Below, piece by piece: positions 10,634 to 20,414 of a stretch of 64,000 bases of DNA. Origin of the DNA: Escherichia phage SmurfNell. The stretch lies in sequence record OR896824.1. The stretch is one strand, 5' to 3'. Below the pieces are notes generated by a model. That model had not been told where the DNA came from. It made no database searches and saw only the letters and a program-made list of their open reading frames with translations. The translations under genes were made by a program, and so were the position numbers. Position 1 is the first letter of the stretch. The number at the start of each line of letters is the position of its first letter.

Positions 10634-10664
10634 GGCTCTGGGTGATTTGCCCAGAGCCTTTTTT
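10634..10664 (+). terminator. Rho-independent terminator
   Basis: GGCTCTGGG-TGATTTG-CCCAGAGCC hairpin followed by TTTTTTATT. Confidence 0.7.
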
Positions 10665-10678
10665 ATTGGGAAAAATAA

Positions 10679-13600
10679 ATGACTGATAAGCTAATACGAG
10701 AACTACTTATAGATGTAAAGCAGAAAGGGGCAACCCGTACTGCAAAATCTATTGAGAACGTTTCCGATGCGTTAGAAAATGCTGCTGCCGCTTCCGAACT
10801 GACTAACGAGCAGTTGGGAAAAATGCCCAAAACTCTTTACTCCATTGAGAGGGCGGCGGATAGAGCAGCTAAAAGTCTAACAAAAATGCAGGCTAGCAGA
10901 GGTATGATGGGTATCACCAAATCTATGGATAGTATTGGTGCTAAGTTAGATGACCTTGCTATTGCTATGATTGAGGTATCCGATAAGCTAGAGTCTGGAT
11001 TTACACATGTTGGTAAATCTGTTAAGGCGATGGGTAACGATGTAGCTGCTGCAACTGAAAAAGTTCAAGATAGATTATATGATACTAACCGAGCACTAGG
11101 TAATACTGCTAGGGGCTTTAATGATACGACTACTGCAGCAGGACGTGCTAGTCGTGCAATTGGTAATACTTCTGGTTCAGCACGTGGTGCTACTCGTGAT
11201 TTCGCAGCTATGGCTAAAGTGGGCGGTAGTTTGCCTCTTATGTATGCTGCTATCGCATCTAACGTGTTCGTTCTACAATCTGCCTTCGAACAACTTAAGA
11301 TGGGGGATCAGTTAAACCGTCTTGAGAAGTTTGGTACTATTGTTGGTACTCAAACAGGTACTCCGGTACAAACTCTAGCTAGATCTCTACAAGAGGCTGC
11401 TGGTTATGCAATCTCCTTCGAAGAAGCAATGAGACAGGCATCCTCTGCTTCTGCATATGGATTTGATGCTGAACAACTTAATAAGTTTGGTCTAGTAGCT
11501 CGTCGTGCTGCTGCTGTTCTTGGTGTTGATATGACTGATGCACTTAACCGTGTAATCAAAGGTGTATCTAAACAAGAAATCGAACTTCTGGACGAACTTG
11601 GTGTTACTATTCGTCTTAACGATGCATATGCTGACTACGTTAAACAGTTAAATGCCGCTAACACAGGTATTACGTATAACGTCAATAGTCTTTCTACTTT
11701 CCAAAAGCAACAAGCATATGCTAACGCAGTAATCGCTGAATCTACTAAACGTTTCGGCTATCTGGATGACGTACTTCGTGCAACTCCGTGGGAACAGTTT
11801 GCTGCTAACGCTGATGCTGCACTGAGAAAAGTTCAACAGGCTGCTGCTAAGTATTTAGGGCCGGTAATTGATTCTATCAACGCAGTATTCTATACTTCTC
11901 AAGCGTCTATCTCGGCTTCTGCTGCTAGAGCACAAGAAGAAACTAACCGTCAGATTGATCCCACTAACGTTGGTGCTGTAGCTTTAAGTCTCTCCGCTTC
12001 TGAGGAAGGATATAATAAAGCTCTTGATATGTATAAAGAATCTCTAGAAAAGCGTAATAAGTTAAAAGCTGATCTAGATAAGCGTATGGAACAGGCTGAC
12101 TTCTTTACCGCAGGTGCAATTCGTTCCGTGGCTCAAGGTGTCCCTGTGAGCGCAGCGGCTCTTGGTGCTTCGGAAGAGAACAAGAAGTTCGTAGCTGAAA
12201 CCGCGGCTATGGCACTCCAAGTAGAACGTTTGGATAAGGAAGTTACTGATTCAACTGGCAATCTTAATGCATGGAAATCTGCATATCAAGCTGCTGGTGC
12301 TGCAGCTGCTAAGGCTAATCCAGAATTCCAGAAGCAAATTAATCTGCAGAAGGATATGAATGACCCTGATGCGGTTTATGACTTTAACTCTGCAACTCTG
12401 AAAGGACTAACAGAACAGCAGAAAGCATATGATCAGGCTAAGAAAACTGCTAGTGACCTAGCTAACGATATCCAGAATATCGCTCAGAATACTAATACTG
12501 CGGCTAAAACTAGTGCATCTCTATCAGATACGATTAAAACTATTGAGTCTCTATCTGCTGGTACTGGTAAGAATGCTGATGAGTATGTTAAGAGCCTGAA
12601 CTTAGGATATAATACTCTTAGTGAGATGAAGACTGCTTCACAAGCTCTTGCTGGTTACGTAAAATTAACTGGTAATGAAACTAAGAATCAGTTAGAAGTT
12701 CAACAGAAGATTGCCGAAGTATACAACCAGACTAAGGATAAAGAGAAAGCACAGGAAGCTGGTAGACGTCTGGAAATCCAACAGTTAGAAGAACAGGAAG
12801 CAGCTCTTAAGCGTGTCCTAGAAACTAACAAAGGTAACAAAGCAATCGAAGGTGAGATAGCTAAGATTCAGTTAGAACGTATCAAGATCACTAACCAGGG
12901 TATGGAAGCTCAGAAGAAGGTTAAGGATTATACGGATAAGATTCTTGGTGTTGATCGTGAAATTGCTCTCCTGAATAATCGTACTATGACAGATACTCAG
13001 TATCGTTTAGCTCAGTTGAACCTTGAACTGACTATCGAGAAAGAGAAGTATGAATGGTACTCCAAACAGGTTGATAAGCACAAAGAAGCTGAACAATCAA
13101 GACGTGCTCAGGCACAAATTGAACGTGAAATCTGGAAGTTCCGTCAGGATCAGCAAAGGGAAATGGCTGCTGGCAGGGAAGAGGAGCAACAAAGGAAGTT
13201 TACCGCAAATCCTTTAATTGGAGCTGCGGAACGTATCAAGGAGCAAATCCAGCTATTTGAAGACCTTAAGCAAAAAACTTTAGGGAATGCTGCTGCTCAG
13301 CTAGAGTATAACAAAAAGCTGGCAGAAACTAGAGCCCAGCTCGCAGCTTTAAGAGTACAGCGTGATGCAGAAATGCAGTCTTCTGTAGGTGCAGCTGTAG
13401 GGGCTACTTATACTCCAACTACTGGATTGACTGGAGAAGATAAAAACTTCGCAGATATGCAGAATAGAATGGCATCTTATGACCAGGCTATTTCTAAGCT
13501 GTCTGAACTGAACTCCGAAGCAACCGCTGTAGCACAAAGCATGGGTAACCTAACTAATGCTATGATCCAATTCTCCCAAGGATCTTTGGATACTACCTCT

Positions 13601-14359
13601 CTAGTAGCGGCTGGTATGCAAACTGTGTCTTCAATGATTCAGTATAGTGTTGGACAGCAGGTAAGTGCTATTGATGCAGCTATTGCAGCAGAACAGAAGC
13701 GTGATGGTAAATCTGAGCAATCTAAAGCTAAGATCAAGAAGTTAGAGGCTGAGAAGCTCAAGATCCAGCAAGATGCAGCTAAAAAGCAAATCATTATCCA
13801 GACAGCAGTAGCGGTGATGCAGGCAGCAACAGCTGTTCCGTATCCATTCTCTATTCCTCTGATGGTTGCGGCTGGTTTAGCAGGTGCTATGGCTCTTGCT
13901 CAAGCATCCTCTGCATCTGGTATGTCTTCTATTGGGGACTCTGGTGCTGAGACAGCTGGTTACTTAACTCTTGGAGAGCGCCAGAAGAACGTAGACGTTT
14001 CTATGTCGGCTAACGCAGGTGAGCTTTCTTATATTCGAGGAGATCAAGGGATTGGTAATGCGAACTCTTTCGTACCTCGTGCAGAAGGTGGTAATATGTA
14101 TCCTGGAGTTAGTTACCAGATGGGTGAGCACGGTACCGAAGTAATCACTCCTATGGTTCCAATGAAGGCTACTCCTACTGATGAACTCAAAGGATCTTCA
14201 AAAGGTACATCGGGTAGACCTATTGTGCTGAACATTAGTACGATGGATGCGGCTAGCTTCCGAGATTTTGCTTCGAGCAACAGTGCTGCTTTCAGGGATG
14301 CCGTGGAACAGGCTCTTAATGAGAATGGAACCACCCTGAAATCACTTGGTAATTCTTAA
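10679..14359 (+). CDS. Tail tape measure protein
   Basis: 1226-aa ORF, long alpha-helical/coiled-coil body and C-terminal hydrophobic segment; canonical position upstream of Dit. Confidence 0.85.
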   Translation: MTDKLIRELLIDVKQKGATRTAKSIENVSDALENAAAASELTNEQLGKMPKTLYSIERAADRAAKSLTKMQASRGMMGITKSMDSIGAKLDDLAIAMIEVSDKLESGFTHVGKSVKAMGNDVAAATEKVQDRLYDTNRALGNTARGFNDTTTAAGRASRAIGNTSGSARGATRDFAAMAKVGGSLPLMYAAIASNVFVLQSAFEQLKMGDQLNRLEKFGTIVGTQTGTPVQTLARSLQEAAGYAISFEEAMRQASSASAYGFDAEQLNKFGLVARRAAAVLGVDMTDALNRVIKGVSKQEIELLDELGVTIRLNDAYADYVKQLNAANTGITYNVNSLSTFQKQQAYANAVIAESTKRFGYLDDVLRATPWEQFAANADAALRKVQQAAAKYLGPVIDSINAVFYTSQASISASAARAQEETNRQIDPTNVGAVALSLSASEEGYNKALDMYKESLEKRNKLKADLDKRMEQADFFTAGAIRSVAQGVPVSAAALGASEENKKFVAETAAMALQVERLDKEVTDSTGNLNAWKSAYQAAGAAAAKANPEFQKQINLQKDMNDPDAVYDFNSATLKGLTEQQKAYDQAKKTASDLANDIQNIAQNTNTAAKTSASLSDTIKTIESLSAGTGKNADEYVKSLNLGYNTLSEMKTASQALAGYVKLTGNETKNQLEVQQKIAEVYNQTKDKEKAQEAGRRLEIQQLEEQEAALKRVLETNKGNKAIEGEIAKIQLERIKITNQGMEAQKKVKDYTDKILGVDREIALLNNRTMTDTQYRLAQLNLELTIEKEKYEWYSKQVDKHKEAEQSRRAQAQIEREIWKFRQDQQREMAAGREEEQQRKFTANPLIGAAERIKEQIQLFEDLKQKTLGNAAAQLEYNKKLAETRAQLAALRVQRDAEMQSSVGAAVGATYTPTTGLTGEDKNFADMQNRMASYDQAISKLSELNSEATAVAQSMGNLTNAMIQFSQGSLDTTSLVAAGMQTVSSMIQYSVGQQVSAIDAAIAAEQKRDGKSEQSKAKIKKLEAEKLKIQQDAAKKQIIIQTAVAVMQAATAVPYPFSIPLMVAAGLAGAMALAQASSASGMSSIGDSGAETAGYLTLGERQKNVDVSMSANAGELSYIRGDQGIGNANSFVPRAEGGNMYPGVSYQMGEHGTEVITPMVPMKATPTDELKGSSKGTSGRPIVLNISTMDAASFRDFASSNSAAFRDAVEQALNENGTTLKSLGNS

Positions 14360-14363
14360 TACT

Positions 14364-14395
14364 GGAGGAGGACTTTATGTCCTCCTTTTCTTTAT
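14364..14395 (+). terminator. Rho-independent terminator
   Basis: GGAGGAC-TTTAT-GTCCTCC hairpin followed by TTTTCTTTAT. Confidence 0.65.
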
Positions 14396-14413
14396 GGAAA
14401 AATAAAAATTTCT

Positions 14414-14442
14414 TGATAAAATTTTCCAATCCTATTATAATA
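14414..14442 (+). promoter_or_regulatory. Sigma70-type promoter
   Basis: TTGATA, 17-nt spacer, TATAAT; SD AAGAGGAGA then ATG at 14468. Confidence 0.55.
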
Positions 14443-14467
14443 TTGTTATTAAGAGGAGAAATTAACT

Positions 14468-15082
14468 ATGAGACTACCAGACCCATACACGAACCCAGAG
14501 CTATCAGGGTTAGGTTTTGAAAGCGTTAACTTAGTAGACAATGACCCTATGATTCGTGATGAATTACCTAATGGTAAAGTTAGGGAGGTTAAGGTGTCTG
14601 CTCAATATTGGGGTATTAATATCTCTTATCCAGAATTATTCCCAGATGAATTTGCTAAATTAGACTCATTCATCCTAGATTATAAAAGAACAGGTAGCTA
14701 TATTGATGTACTATTACCACAATATGAAGCTTTCCGAGTTCGTGGTGATACTAGTGCTGTAAATATTCCTGCTGGACAAAAAGGTTCAACAGTTATTATG
14801 GACACTAAGGGTACACTTCGTGGATTGCCTAAACCAGGCGATTTATTTAAATTGTCCAACCACCCAAAAGTGTACAAAATCACTTCTATCAACACAGCAG
14901 GAAATACTTGGAATATAAGTGTTTACCCTGATCTATTCATTACTACTACGGGTAGTGAGAAACCGGTATTTAATGGTATTCTATTTAGAACCAAATTAAT
15001 GAACGGAGACAGCTTCGGCTCTACGTTAAATAGCAATGGTACATATACTGGTATTTCACTTTCCTTGAGGGAAAGTCTATGA
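14468..15082 (+). CDS. Distal tail protein (Dit)
   Basis: 204-aa ORF directly after tape measure gene; size and position match T5 Dit as I recall it. Confidence 0.7.
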   Translation: MRLPDPYTNPELSGLGFESVNLVDNDPMIRDELPNGKVREVKVSAQYWGINISYPELFPDEFAKLDSFILDYKRTGSYIDVLLPQYEAFRVRGDTSAVNIPAGQKGSTVIMDTKGTLRGLPKPGDLFKLSNHPKVYKITSINTAGNTWNISVYPDLFITTTGSEKPVFNGILFRTKLMNGDSFGSTLNSNGTYTGISLSLRESL

Positions 15083-17928
15083 AGAAAATTCTTGACAGTG
15101 CAAGAGAGTATTTAAGAACTCATAATAAAATAAAAACTGCATGTCTTATTACTCTTGAATTGCCTGGCTCTACTGGATCAAGTTCTGCCTACATATATCT
15201 TACAGATTACTTTAGAGATGTAATTTATAATGGTATTCTTTACACATCCGGTAAGGTTAAGTCTATAACAACGCATAAACAAAATAGAGACCTTTCCATT
15301 GGTAGCCTTTCTTTTACTATCACAGGTACTGCTGAGGATGAAGTATTAAAACTAGTCCAAAATGGTGTATCCTTCCTAGATAGATCTATCTCAATCCATC
15401 AAGCGGTTATTGATGAAGAAGGTAATATTCTTCCTGTAGATCCAGACACTAATGGTCCTTTACTTTACTTCCGTGGTAAAATCACTGGTGGTGGTATCAA
15501 GGATAATATTGGTACTTCTGGGATTAGCACATCTATTATTACATGGAACTGTTCGAACCAATTCTATGACTTTGATAGAGTAAATGGACGTTTCACAGAT
15601 GATGCTGACCATAGAGGGCTTGAGATTGTTGCTGGCCAACTAGTTCCATCTAATGGTGCTAAGCGACCTGAATACCAAGAGGACTACGGATTCTTCCACG
15701 CTAACAAGAGTATTTCTATCCTTGCTAAGTATCAGGTTCAGGAAGAACGTTATAAGTTACAATCTAAGAAAAAGTTATTTGGTCTTTCTAGAAGCTATAG
15801 CCTAAAGAAATACTATGAGACTGTAACTAAGGAAGTAGATCTTGATTTTAACTTAGCAGCTAAATTCCTTCCAGTAGTGTACGGAGTTCAGAAAATTCCT
15901 GGAATCCCAGTATTTGCAGATACTGAACTACATAACCCTAATATAGTATATGTAGTATACGCTTTCTGTGAGGGTGAGATTGATGGATTCCTAGATTTTT
16001 ACTTTGGTGATGTACCAATGATCTGTATTGATCCTAATGATAGTAAGTCTCGTACTTGCTTTGGTACTAAGAAAGTAGCTGGTGATACCATGCAACGTAT
16101 TGCTTCTGGTCAACCAAGCTCTGAACCTTCTGTTCATGGACAGGAATATAAGTATAATGATGGTAATGGCGATATCCGTATCTGGACTTATCATGGTAAG
16201 GCTGATCAATCTGCTGCGGATGTTCTAGTTAACATTGCAAAAGAGAAAGGTTTCTATCTACAGAACATGAATGAGAATGGACCGGAATACTGGGACTCTC
16301 GTTATAAACTGTTAGATACTGCTTATGCTATTGTTCGCTTTACTATTAATGAAAACAGAACAGAAATTCCAGAAGTTAGCGCTGAAGTTCAAGGTAAGAA
16401 GATTAAGATCTATCATTCAGATGGTAGAGTAACTGCTGATAAGACTAGCTTAAATGGTATCTGGCAAACTCTGGACTACCTAACCTCTGACCGCTACGGT
16501 GCTAATATCACTATTGATCAGTTCCCTCTCCAGCAACTTATTCAAGAAGCAGCTATCCTGGATATCATTGATGAATCCTATCAGGTTTCTTGGCAACCCT
16601 ACTGGAGATACGTTGGATGGACTGATGCTGTAGGAGAGAATAGACAAATAGTTCAAATGAATACTATTCTCGATACCTCTGAGTCAGTATTTAAAAACGT
16701 GCAGGGATTAATAGAGTCTTATGGAGGTGCTATCAACAACTTATCTGGTCAGTATAGAATAACTGTTGAGAAGTTCTCGAATACTCCACTGGAGATTGAC
16801 TTCTTAGATACCTATGGTGATCTGGAGCTATCAGATACTACTGGTAGAAATAAGTTTAACTCAGTACAGGCCTCTATACTAGATCCCGCATTAAGCTGGA
16901 AAACTAACTCCATTACATTCTTTAACTCTATATTTAAGGAGCAAGATAAAGGGTTAGATAAAAAACTTCAGCTTTCTTTTGCAAACATCACTAACTACTA
17001 TACTGCGCGTAGCTTTGCAGATAGAGAACTGAAAAAGTCTCGTTACTCACGAACTCTCACATTCTCATTACCATATCATTTCATAGGCATTGAGCCTAAC
17101 GATCCGATTGCTTTTACATACGGTCGTTATGGTTGGGACAAGAAATACTTCCTAGTTGATGAAGTTGAAAACTCTAGAGAAGGTAAGATTAATATTACAC
17201 TGCAAGAGTATGGTGAGGATGTATTCATTAACTCCGAGCAGGTTGATAATAGCGGTAACGATATCCCTGATGTTAGTAATAACGTACTGCCTCCTAGAGA
17301 CTTTATGTATACACCAACACCAGGTGGACAAGTAGGGTCTATTGGTAAGAATGGCGAGCTATCTTGGCTTCCCAGCTTAACTAATAACGTTGTTTACTAC
17401 TCTATCGTTCACTCTGGACATGCTGATCCTTACATCGTACAGCAATTAGAAACTAATCCAAATCTACGAATGATCCAAGAAATTATTGGAGAACCTGCTG
17501 GTTTAACAGTCTTTGAGATTAGAGCTGTAGATATTAATGGTAGACGAAGTTCTCCTGTAACACTATCGGTAGAACTTAACTCTGCTAAAAACTTAAGCGT
17601 CGTTAGTAATTTCAGGGTTACTAATACAGCTTCAGGAGATGCATCGGAGTTTGTAGGACCAGACGTTAAGTTGGCCTGGGATAGAATTCCAGAAGAAGAT
17701 ATCATTGATGGAATCTTCTACACTCTCGAAATCTACGATAACCTAGATCGTTTATTAAGAAGTGTACGAATTGAAGATCAGTATGTCTACGATTATCTAC
17801 TGATATACAATAAGGCAGACTATGCTCTTCATAACGAGGATGCTCTAGGTATTAATAGGAAGTTACGCTTCCGTATAAGAGCAGAAGGTGATAATGGCGA
17901 GCAATCTGTGGATTGGGCATCTATTTAA
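15079..17928 (+). CDS. Baseplate hub / tail-tip protein
   Basis: 949-aa ORF following Dit, start overlaps upstream stop. Confidence 0.7.
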   Translation: MKKILDSAREYLRTHNKIKTACLITLELPGSTGSSSAYIYLTDYFRDVIYNGILYTSGKVKSITTHKQNRDLSIGSLSFTITGTAEDEVLKLVQNGVSFLDRSISIHQAVIDEEGNILPVDPDTNGPLLYFRGKITGGGIKDNIGTSGISTSIITWNCSNQFYDFDRVNGRFTDDADHRGLEIVAGQLVPSNGAKRPEYQEDYGFFHANKSISILAKYQVQEERYKLQSKKKLFGLSRSYSLKKYYETVTKEVDLDFNLAAKFLPVVYGVQKIPGIPVFADTELHNPNIVYVVYAFCEGEIDGFLDFYFGDVPMICIDPNDSKSRTCFGTKKVAGDTMQRIASGQPSSEPSVHGQEYKYNDGNGDIRIWTYHGKADQSAADVLVNIAKEKGFYLQNMNENGPEYWDSRYKLLDTAYAIVRFTINENRTEIPEVSAEVQGKKIKIYHSDGRVTADKTSLNGIWQTLDYLTSDRYGANITIDQFPLQQLIQEAAILDIIDESYQVSWQPYWRYVGWTDAVGENRQIVQMNTILDTSESVFKNVQGLIESYGGAINNLSGQYRITVEKFSNTPLEIDFLDTYGDLELSDTTGRNKFNSVQASILDPALSWKTNSITFFNSIFKEQDKGLDKKLQLSFANITNYYTARSFADRELKKSRYSRTLTFSLPYHFIGIEPNDPIAFTYGRYGWDKKYFLVDEVENSREGKINITLQEYGEDVFINSEQVDNSGNDIPDVSNNVLPPRDFMYTPTPGGQVGSIGKNGELSWLPSLTNNVVYYSIVHSGHADPYIVQQLETNPNLRMIQEIIGEPAGLTVFEIRAVDINGRRSSPVTLSVELNSAKNLSVVSNFRVTNTASGDASEFVGPDVKLAWDRIPEEDIIDGIFYTLEIYDNLDRLLRSVRIEDQYVYDYLLIYNKADYALHNEDALGINRKLRFRIRAEGDNGEQSVDWASI

Positions 17929-19986
17929 ATGGTTTCGAATAATGCACCAGCCAAGATGGTCTTAAATAGTATTATGACTGGATATACTATGGCGTATATC
18001 CAGCATTCTATCTATACCGACTACGATGTTATCGGTAGATCATTCTGGCTTAAACTTGGCGAAGAAGTGGATAGAAGAGATTTCACTGGAATCGACACTT
18101 TCTTTGTTATGATCAATAACTTAACTCCCTCAACTACCTATCAGGTTCAAGGAGCTTTTTATGACTCAATTATTGACTCAGAACTTTTAAATGCAAAAAT
18201 TGGTATTAACCTCTCTAATGAAACTAACTTTAAAACAAAAGAGAAGCCAATAATTGTTACAGCAAGGTCTGAGTCAGAACCAGTGGATGTTGGGGTGGGC
18301 GCACCGATAGTTGTTGTGGAAACTACTGGTGAAGCAAGTTACTGTACTATTGAGTTAAAAAGTACAGCCACGGAAGATAGTCCTTGGACTAAGTATTACA
18401 TTGGGGCTTTAGGTTCTACTATTAAATTTGGTGGAGTTCCTATCGGAGATTATAAGATCAGAATATCTGGTCAAGTAACTATGCCTGATGGTGTTACAGT
18501 TGATTCTTCTGGTTACTATGAGTTCCCTAGTATTCTAACTGTAGCTTATAATTTTGTTCCTCCTACTGCACCTATCGATATTGTTTTTAAAGCTGCACGA
18601 ATTGCTGATGGTAAAGAACGATATGATGTTAGAATTGAGTGGGATTGGGAACGCGGTGCTGGTGCTAATGTTCGTGAGTTCTTGGTTACTTATATAAACT
18701 CCGAAGAATACGCTAAGACTGGCTGGGCTAAAGCTCAAAAGATAAACGTGGGTGCCGCTAGAGCTGCAACGATTATATCATTCCCATGGAAAGTTGAACA
18801 TACCTTTAAGGTTTCATCAATTGCCTGGGGACCAAATAAGCAAGATATAACAGAATCAGCTCCTGTAACATTTATATTGAATGAAGATACTCCTCTAGAT
18901 AATAGTTTTGTCAATGAGACTGGTATTGATGTTAACTATGCCTTTATTAAGGGTAGTATGAAAGATGGAGAAATCTGGAGACAGACATTCTTAATTGATG
19001 CAGCTACTGGTGCTATTAACATTGGTCTGCTAGATGAAGAAGGAAAAGCACCTATTTCTTTCGACCCTATAAATCGTGTTGTTAACGTCGATGGTAAAGT
19101 AATTACTAGAGATATTAATGCTGCGAACTTTATCATGACTAACTTATCTGGTAAAGATAATCCAGCAATTTATACTCAAGGTAAATCTTGGGGAGATAAT
19201 AACTCTGGTATTTGGATGGGTATGGATAATACCTCTGCCAAAGCTAAGTTAGACATTGGTAATGCTACACAATGGATACGTTATGATGGTACTACTCTGC
19301 GTATTTCTAGTGGTGTAGTAATTGGAACACCAAATGGTGACGTAGATATTGGAACTGGTTTACAAGGTAAGCAAACAGTATTTGTTTATAAGTTAGCAAC
19401 ATCTTTACCGGCCAAACCGTTAGAACAAGATTATCCACCTCCTGGTTGGTCAAAAACTCCACCTAATCGTACAGATATGACACAAAATATCTATGCGACT
19501 ACAGGTACACTTGATCCAGTTACTAACAAACTTCTTGAAGGTACTAGCTGGTCTGATGTAGTTCAATGGAGTGGTACTGAAGGTACTATAGGACATGATG
19601 GACAGCGTGGTCCTGGGATGTACTCCATGGGTATTCCTGGATTAGGCGGTTGGGATGATGGACAAGCTAACGCATTCTTTCAAAATAACTTTGGAAAACC
19701 TCCGGTTAAATACGATGTTCTAACACAATTTAACAGTAATGCTCCACAAACAGCATTTACCCGTCAATGGAACGGGGCTGGATGGATTAACCCTGCAATG
19801 GTTCTTCATGGCAACATGATTGTTAATGGAACTGTAACTGCTGATAAGATTGTGGCAGGAAATGCCTTCTTATCACAAATAGGTGTTAATATAATCTACG
19901 ATAGAAATGCTGCGTTATCAGGAAACCCTGAAGCATACTACAAGATGAAGATAGACCTAAATAGTGGGTATATCCATATAAGGTAA
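17929..19986 (+). CDS. Central tail fibre / tip protein
   Basis: 685-aa beta-rich ORF following the baseplate hub gene. Confidence 0.6.
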   Translation: MVSNNAPAKMVLNSIMTGYTMAYIQHSIYTDYDVIGRSFWLKLGEEVDRRDFTGIDTFFVMINNLTPSTTYQVQGAFYDSIIDSELLNAKIGINLSNETNFKTKEKPIIVTARSESEPVDVGVGAPIVVVETTGEASYCTIELKSTATEDSPWTKYYIGALGSTIKFGGVPIGDYKIRISGQVTMPDGVTVDSSGYYEFPSILTVAYNFVPPTAPIDIVFKAARIADGKERYDVRIEWDWERGAGANVREFLVTYINSEEYAKTGWAKAQKINVGAARAATIISFPWKVEHTFKVSSIAWGPNKQDITESAPVTFILNEDTPLDNSFVNETGIDVNYAFIKGSMKDGEIWRQTFLIDAATGAINIGLLDEEGKAPISFDPINRVVNVDGKVITRDINAANFIMTNLSGKDNPAIYTQGKSWGDNNSGIWMGMDNTSAKAKLDIGNATQWIRYDGTTLRISSGVVIGTPNGDVDIGTGLQGKQTVFVYKLATSLPAKPLEQDYPPPGWSKTPPNRTDMTQNIYATTGTLDPVTNKLLEGTSWSDVVQWSGTEGTIGHDGQRGPGMYSMGIPGLGGWDDGQANAFFQNNFGKPPVKYDVLTQFNSNAPQTAFTRQWNGAGWINPAMVLHGNMIVNGTVTADKIVAGNAFLSQIGVNIIYDRNAALSGNPEAYYKMKIDLNSGYIHIR

Positions 19987-19991
19987 TTATA

Positions 19992-20414
19992 ATGAGTACA
20001 GAAAACCGAGTTATTGATATTGTTGTTGATGAGAAAGTGCCTTATAGTCTTATCATGCAATTTATGGATGTTGATGATAGCGTATATCCGCCAACAGAAT
20101 TTCCTGTTAACTTGACAGGGTATTCACTCAGAGGAACTATTAAATCTAGTTTAGATGAGAACGCCGAGGTTCTAGCTAATTTTAAAACTCATGTTATTGA
20201 TGCTGCTCAAGGTGCTGCTGCAATTAGTCTTTCCATTGCAGACACTACTAATATTGGTGAAAAAGCATCTAAAGAACGTGATAAGTATAACCCAAGACAA
20301 CGTTTTGCTGGTTATTATGATATCCTAATGACTCGTGATGTAATTGGCTCTGAAGTCAATTCTTTCCGTATTATGGAAGGTAAAGTATACATCAGCGATG
20401 GAGTAACTCAATAA
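19992..20414 (+). CDS. Collar protein (tail-fibre attachment)
   Basis: 140-aa ORF immediately upstream of the tail fibre gene. Confidence 0.5.
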   Translation: MSTENRVIDIVVDEKVPYSLIMQFMDVDDSVYPPTEFPVNLTGYSLRGTIKSSLDENAEVLANFKTHVIDAAQGAAAISLSIADTTNIGEKASKERDKYNPRQRFAGYYDILMTRDVIGSEVNSFRIMEGKVYISDGVTQ

